NCBI GenBank assembly: GCA_016208685.1
Contig: JACQXM010000024.1
Span: forward strand, 170,537 to 234,536
DNA length: 64,000 bases
Direction: 5' to 3'
From: Planctomycetota bacterium
GTDB lineage: Bacteria; Planctomycetota; Phycisphaerae; UBA1845
Below, in pieces: positions 59,848 to 64,000 of the stretch. How positions within the stretch are numbered: position 1 is the stretch's first letter; each line of letters opens with the position of its first letter. Below the pieces are notes generated by a model. That model saw only the letters and a list, made by a program, of their open reading frames with translations. It searched no databases and had not been told where the DNA came from. The translations under genes were made by a program, and so were the position numbers.

Positions 59848-59998
59848 TCGTCAGCCCCAGTTTGGTTCGCCCTTCTCCGCCAAAGCCGGCGCGTAGAGTA
59901 ACGAAACGGGCAATCCCTGCAAGCAGGTTCGTAAGGCGAACCTCCGGCCGCGTGGGGTGCATCGGCGGCTATCTTGCGAGGGATAGGTCCGGGGTGCG

Positions 59999-61186
59999 TC
60001 AGGCGAGACGAAGCTGTTTCAGGAGTTCATGACCGGCGTGGACGTGCAGACCAGTGCTTGCGGCGGACGCCTCGCTGAAGGGCCGATCGCTGCGCTCGGC
60101 AATATGCGTGCCCGTCAAGCAGAACGGCGGCGGAGTGGCGGTATGAACGCGGCGGACCACGGGTGTGGGGTGGTCCGGTGCCACCAGGATGCTCCAGGCG
60201 GGATAGGAACGGAGCGCATCGAGAGCCGGCCCGACCACGAAGCGGTCGATCGCCTGGAGCGCGGCGACCTTCGCCTCGAAGTCGCCCTGATGGCCGGCCT
60301 CGTCGGGAGCCTCCACGTGGACCACGACCAGGTCGTGAGTCTTCAGGGCCGCGGCGACCGCACGACCCTTGGCGGCGTAGTCGGTGTCAAAGTAGCCGGT
60401 GGCCCCGGGAACGTCGATGACATCCATTCCGGCGCAGCGGGCCAGGCCGCGAATGAGGTCAACGGCGGCGATGCAGGCGGCGCGCACGCCGAAACGCTCG
60501 GCGAACGGCTGAAACGGGCGCGGCCGACCCTGCCCCCAAAGCCAGATGTCTGTCGCGGCGCGCAGACCCGCTGCCCGTCGCGCCTCGTTCACCTCGTGGG
60601 CGGCGAGAAGGTCATGGGCCCTGTCCATCAGTCCACGAAGCCAGACGGCGCCGTCCCCGGTCGGCAGATAGGCTGCGACGGGTTGGTCCGGAATGTCATG
60701 GGGCGGGGTGCAGCGTGGCTCCAGGTCGTCAGCGGGCGATACGACCAGGAGGTTGCGGTACGAGACGCCCGCGTGAAAGCGACAGCGCGGTTCGCTTAAG
60801 CCCTCCTCCAAGGCCTCAATCAGTCTGCCGCCTTCGGTACTGGAGATATGACCGGCCGTGAAGTCGATCATCCGTCCATCGCCGAGGGTCACGAAGTTGC
60901 AGCGGAAGACTACGGCATTGCCGCCAACGCGGAGCCCCTGCGCCGCCGCCTCCAGCGGCGCCCGGCCGCTGTAGTACTCGGCCGGGTTGTAGCCCAGGAG
61001 CGAGAGCGTCGCGACGTCACTGCCGGGTGCGAATCCCTCGGGAATGGTGGTTACCAGACCCTGGCGCCCGTGTCGCGCGATCCAGTCGATATTCGGTTTG
61101 TCCGCGGCTTCCAGCGGTGTCCGGCCACCCTGCGCGGGCACCGGTTCGTCGGCGGCGCCATCGGGAAGAACGAGAACGTGCTTCAT
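59999..61186 (-). CDS. apgM: Cofactor-independent phosphoglycerate mutase, archaeal type
   Basis: MKHVLVLPDGAAD...NIDWIARHG...PGSDVATLSLLGYNP...HVEAPDEAGHQGD...LVAPDHPTP, the metalloenzyme (alkaline-phosphatase superfamily) ApgM signature. 395 aa. Confidence 0.85.
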   Translation of the reverse strand: MKHVLVLPDGAADEPVPAQGGRTPLEAADKPNIDWIARHGRQGLVTTIPEGFAPGSDVATLSLLGYNPAEYYSGRAPLEAAAQGLRVGGNAVVFRCNFVTLGDGRMIDFTAGHISSTEGGRLIEALEEGLSEPRCRFHAGVSYRNLLVVSPADDLEPRCTPPHDIPDQPVAAYLPTGDGAVWLRGLMDRAHDLLAAHEVNEARRAAGLRAATDIWLWGQGRPRPFQPFAERFGVRAACIAAVDLIRGLARCAGMDVIDVPGATGYFDTDYAAKGRAVAAALKTHDLVVVHVEAPDEAGHQGDFEAKVAALQAIDRFVVGPALDALRSYPAWSILVAPDHPTPVVRRVHTATPPPFCLTGTHIAERSDRPFSEASAASTGLHVHAGHELLKQLRLA

Positions 61187-62385
61187 GGATCGGGCGGCGG
61201 GGTCGGCGCTGACAGCAGCGGCAGGAGTCGTTCCGCGAGCAGCTCCGCTGCCAGCTCGTGGGCACGCGGCGTCCAGTGCAGGTGGCCGCGCTTGCGGTAG
61301 AGGTACGCGTTGGGCCCTTCAGCCTGTAGCTTCGACGCCGTGCGGACCACCTCGTCGGGTTCTATCGCGTGGACTGAATCCCGCAGCAAGGGTGACTCGC
61401 GCAGGTTGGGCGGGGGAATGTCCAGCACCAGGAAGCGACGGTTCTCGCGCTGGCAATCATCCTTGATTTCGTCGAGTAACCGACCGGTGAGTCGAACCGC
61501 GTAGCCGTCGTCGCGACGTTCGCCGCCGCCCAGGTGCTCGTCGACCAGTTTCCGTTTGATGAGTTGGGCCGCCTGTTCCCGCACCATGGCAAACAGGTGG
61601 GAGTGCTCCGAAAGCCAGCGATAGGGCGGAAATGAATAGAGCCGGTCACGAAGGCCGATCGCGGGAAGGTATTCGTGCGCGGCTCGTTCCAGCCCCCCGC
61701 GCTCGTCGAGGCGGAACAGGTTGGAACGCACGTTATCGAGAATGTCGTTGGTGAAGTACCCGACGATCACTACGTCCGGGTCAAAGCGCGTGCCGTACTC
61801 GCGCAGGAGGATCAGTTCCTCCGCGGTGCCGAACCCGCTGACGCCCAGATTGAGAACCTCGACGTTCAGTCCCCGATCGCGCAGAAGGCGTTCCAGTCGG
61901 TAGAGGTACGTTTCCTCGACCTCCACCTCGTAACCCTGGGTGAACGAATCTCCCAGGCCGAGGATCCGTGTGACGCCCGGCGGTTTGGTGAAGGCGTATT
62001 CCCGGTCACTCCGCATCCCCTGGGCGTTATGGCGAAACTCCACACTTACCTCCGGGGAAGTGTGGCGGTAGCGCACGCTGCGCACGTTGACGCGGATGCC
62101 GAATCCGCCGTCCGTGACGTAGCGCGGAAAGAGAACCTGGGGGACGAACAGACGGACCACGACCTCGCCCAGAAGGGTCGCGAACCCCATGGCCGCCATC
62201 GCCAGGCACAGCCGGACCAGCAGCCTCCCCCGGCGCGCCAGCGGGCGCGTGCCGTCGGACGCGGACGTACCGACCGACTCGGCGTCGTCCGACCGGAGCT
62301 CCGGCGGTGGCGGCGTGCGGGTACGCTCGTGGCGCGTCATGTTCCTCAACAGGTTCAGGGATACCACTCGTACTACTCGGATCAT
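61183..62385 (-). CDS. SGNH/GDSL-family hydrolase, membrane-anchored
   Basis: LGLGDSFTQG (block I GDS), LNLGVSGFGT (block II), VVIVGYFTNDI (block III). N-terminal TM anchor. The stop overlaps the apgM ATG (ATGA). An alternative start is at 62340 (MTRHE). Confidence 0.7.
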   Translation of the reverse strand: MIRVVRVVSLNLLRNMTRHERTRTPPPPELRSDDAESVGTSASDGTRPLARRGRLLVRLCLAMAAMGFATLLGEVVVRLFVPQVLFPRYVTDGGFGIRVNVRSVRYRHTSPEVSVEFRHNAQGMRSDREYAFTKPPGVTRILGLGDSFTQGYEVEVEETYLYRLERLLRDRGLNVEVLNLGVSGFGTAEELILLREYGTRFDPDVVIVGYFTNDILDNVRSNLFRLDERGGLERAAHEYLPAIGLRDRLYSFPPYRWLSEHSHLFAMVREQAAQLIKRKLVDEHLGGGERRDDGYAVRLTGRLLDEIKDDCQRENRRFLVLDIPPPNLRESPLLRDSVHAIEPDEVVRTASKLQAEGPNAYLYRKRGHLHWTPRAHELAAELLAERLLPLLSAPTPPPDP

Positions 62386-62447
62386 CGGCCCGCGCCGGCC
62401 GACCGCACCGCGGAGGGCATAGGCCCCATGCCCTCCGTTCGCGGGCG

Positions 62448-64000
62448 TCAGTCTAGCAGGAACTCGGCGAGGGCGGCGATATCGGCATCGGAAAGATCAT
62501 GGCTGGGCATTTTGGCCTTGGGATTATCGAACCGCGGATCGCGCACGTGCTGCTGGAACCAGTAGTGCAACCGCTCCGTCCCGCCCAGCGAAAGGAGCGT
62601 CTTATAGGCCTCGCGATGGCGTTCGAAGTAACGACCCGACTTGGCGGCCAGCTCCCCCAGCCAGGCGTCGTACTCTGGGGCCAGGAGCCGTCTGGAGAGC
62701 GAGGCGCGGAGGTTGGTCAGCACCGGGCCCTCCTGTCCGCCGGCGCCGTCCAGCACGTGGCACGACTGGCAGCGGTTGTCGTAGAAAAGGAATCGGCCGC
62801 GGGCGACGCCCGTGAGCGCGGCAGCGGCGTCCGAAGGCGCGACCCAATTCTCGTCCTTGACGATCTTGTAGATGATGCCGCCCCGGGCATGCGGCTCCGT
62901 GCTCTCGCCGTAAATGTCGGCGAAATACAGCCCGTCCGGCCCCCACTCGACATCCGTCACGCTCGAGAAACGTGAGCCGGTGTACTGCACGAAATCGCGC
63001 GCGGCGCTGTGCAGGGAGCCATCGGGACCGATCTCGAAACGACAGATGCGCTTCCCTTCGTTGGGGCCGGGAACATGTACCGCGCCGAATAGGCCGACGA
63101 AGAGCCGGAACAAATGCTCCGGTCCCAGCGACTCATCAAGCCCGTACGCCACGCCTACCGGCGCAAACCCACTCCCCGGTCCCCAGGTATAGAGGGCGTT
63201 GGCACGCATCTGGTTCTCGTCGTTGGCGAAACAGTAGTCCATGCCCGGGCCAAGGCGAACAATGCGATCGATCCCCGGTCCCACGTCGGAAATGATTCCC
63301 ACATGGCTGCGCGGGTCCCACGTGATGTCGAAGGGGTTCCGCAGGCCGTAGGCGTAGATGTAGCTGCGCGGTGCCTGGGGCGCCGAGGGTTGGTAGAACG
63401 GATTGCTTTCCGCCGCCGTGCCGTCCTTGTTCAGGCGAATGATCTTGCCCGCGAACTTATCGAGGTCCTGCGCGTCCTGCTTGTGGCCACCCGAGCCTAC
63501 GCCGACGTAGAGGAGCCCCTCCGGCCCGACCGCGCAGAATTGAATCTGGTAGGACGCGACGGTCGATTCGTTCTGCATGTCCAGCACCACGGCGCGCTCG
63601 GTCATGGTCAGCCCGTCCGGCGAGCAACCGAGGCGCTCGATCTTATTGCGGTACACCGCCTCCTCGGCGTCCCAGTAGGGCATGGTGACGAAGAACTGGT
63701 TGTCCGCGGGGTCGTGGGCGAGCCCCAGGACGCCCAGCTCATCGAGGGGTTTGCGCTTGAAGTTCAGCAGGCCCTCCGCGAAGGTCTGCACGGCGCCGGA
63801 TTTCGTGACCACCTTGATCGCACCGCCAAGCTCGGCGACGTAGTAGAAGGGGTCGTCCTCCTCTTGGGGCGGCCTGGGGTGGAACACGATACGAACGGGG
63901 TAATCGTACCCGACGGACGAAGCCTCAACCTTGGTCGCCGGCGCCGGCTGCCACGCGCCCGCGCCCGCCTGGACCAATTCCGGCGAGTCCGGCGCGCGGC
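62448..64000 (-). CDS. PQQ-dependent sugar dehydrogenase (GSDH-like) fused to C-terminal cytochrome c domain, N-terminus beyond window
   Basis: GSDH-type beta-propeller motifs (AYGLRNPFDITWDP, GPDGLYFADIYG). C-terminal CQSCH haem site plus a downstream Met (KAKMPSHDL). No signal peptide is visible and the ORF is open at the window edge, so the N-terminus is probably truncated. Confidence 0.7.
   Translation of the reverse strand, partial: RAPDSPELVQAGAGAWQPAPATKVEASSVGYDYPVRIVFHPRPPQEEDDPFYYVAELGGAIKVVTKSGAVQTFAEGLLNFKRKPLDELGVLGLAHDPADNQFFVTMPYWDAEEAVYRNKIERLGCSPDGLTMTERAVVLDMQNESTVASYQIQFCAVGPEGLLYVGVGSGGHKQDAQDLDKFAGKIIRLNKDGTAAESNPFYQPSAPQAPRSYIYAYGLRNPFDITWDPRSHVGIISDVGPGIDRIVRLGPGMDYCFANDENQMRANALYTWGPGSGFAPVGVAYGLDESLGPEHLFRLFVGLFGAVHVPGPNEGKRICRFEIGPDGSLHSAARDFVQYTGSRFSSVTDVEWGPDGLYFADIYGESTEPHARGGIIYKIVKDENWVAPSDAAAALTGVARGRFLFYDNRCQSCHVLDGAGGQEGPVLTNLRASLSRRLLAPEYDAWLGELAAKSGRYFERHREAYKTLLSLGGTERLHYWFQQHVRDPRFDNPKAKMPSHDLSDADIAALAEFLLD

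Overview
This is a high-GC window (roughly 68-70%), compositionally typical of Planctomycetota-like genomes. I base the lineage guess on protein content (YWTD propellers, dockerin-like tails, a CBM9-like domain, a futalosine-pathway MqnD, a Vps4-like MIT-AAA ATPase); that is inference. I support about 48 protein-coding genes and 2 tRNAs, tRNA-Lys(CTT) and tRNA-Leu(CAG). I found no CRISPR array, transposase or integrase. Housekeeping genes recognisable from motifs are pyrC (dihydroorotase), acnA (aconitase), kdtA/waaA (Kdo transferase), apgM (archaeal-type cofactor-independent phosphoglycerate mutase), an aquaporin with two NPA motifs, an S9 prolyl oligopeptidase, an amidohydrolase and an MqnD-like gene. 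Between them lies accessory content. There is a seven-gene, same-strand two-component/phosphorelay supercluster at 37.1-44.7 kb with three histidine kinases and four receiver proteins. At least five secreted proteins end in a single or double dockerin-like calcium-binding segment; two of them are large paralogous YWTD (LDL-receptor class B) beta-propeller proteins. A Wzm/Wzt ABC exporter sits next to a GT4 glycosyltransferase. A secreted TldD/TldE-like peptidase pair is joined by an ATGA overlap. A Vps4-like MIT-AAA ATPase is followed by a SAM methyltransferase and an SPFH-like/coiled-coil/beta-propeller protein. Two zinc-ribbon membrane proteins sit convergently. An ~825 bp non-coding stretch next to tRNA-Lys carries a ~210 bp imperfect inverted-repeat element. 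A 13-nt homopolymer inside acnA alters a conserved aconitase motif. A membrane-anchored c-type cytochrome gene at the left edge of the window is missing from the ORF track because it runs off the window. All functional calls rest on motifs I can read in the translated ORFs. No database search was possible.
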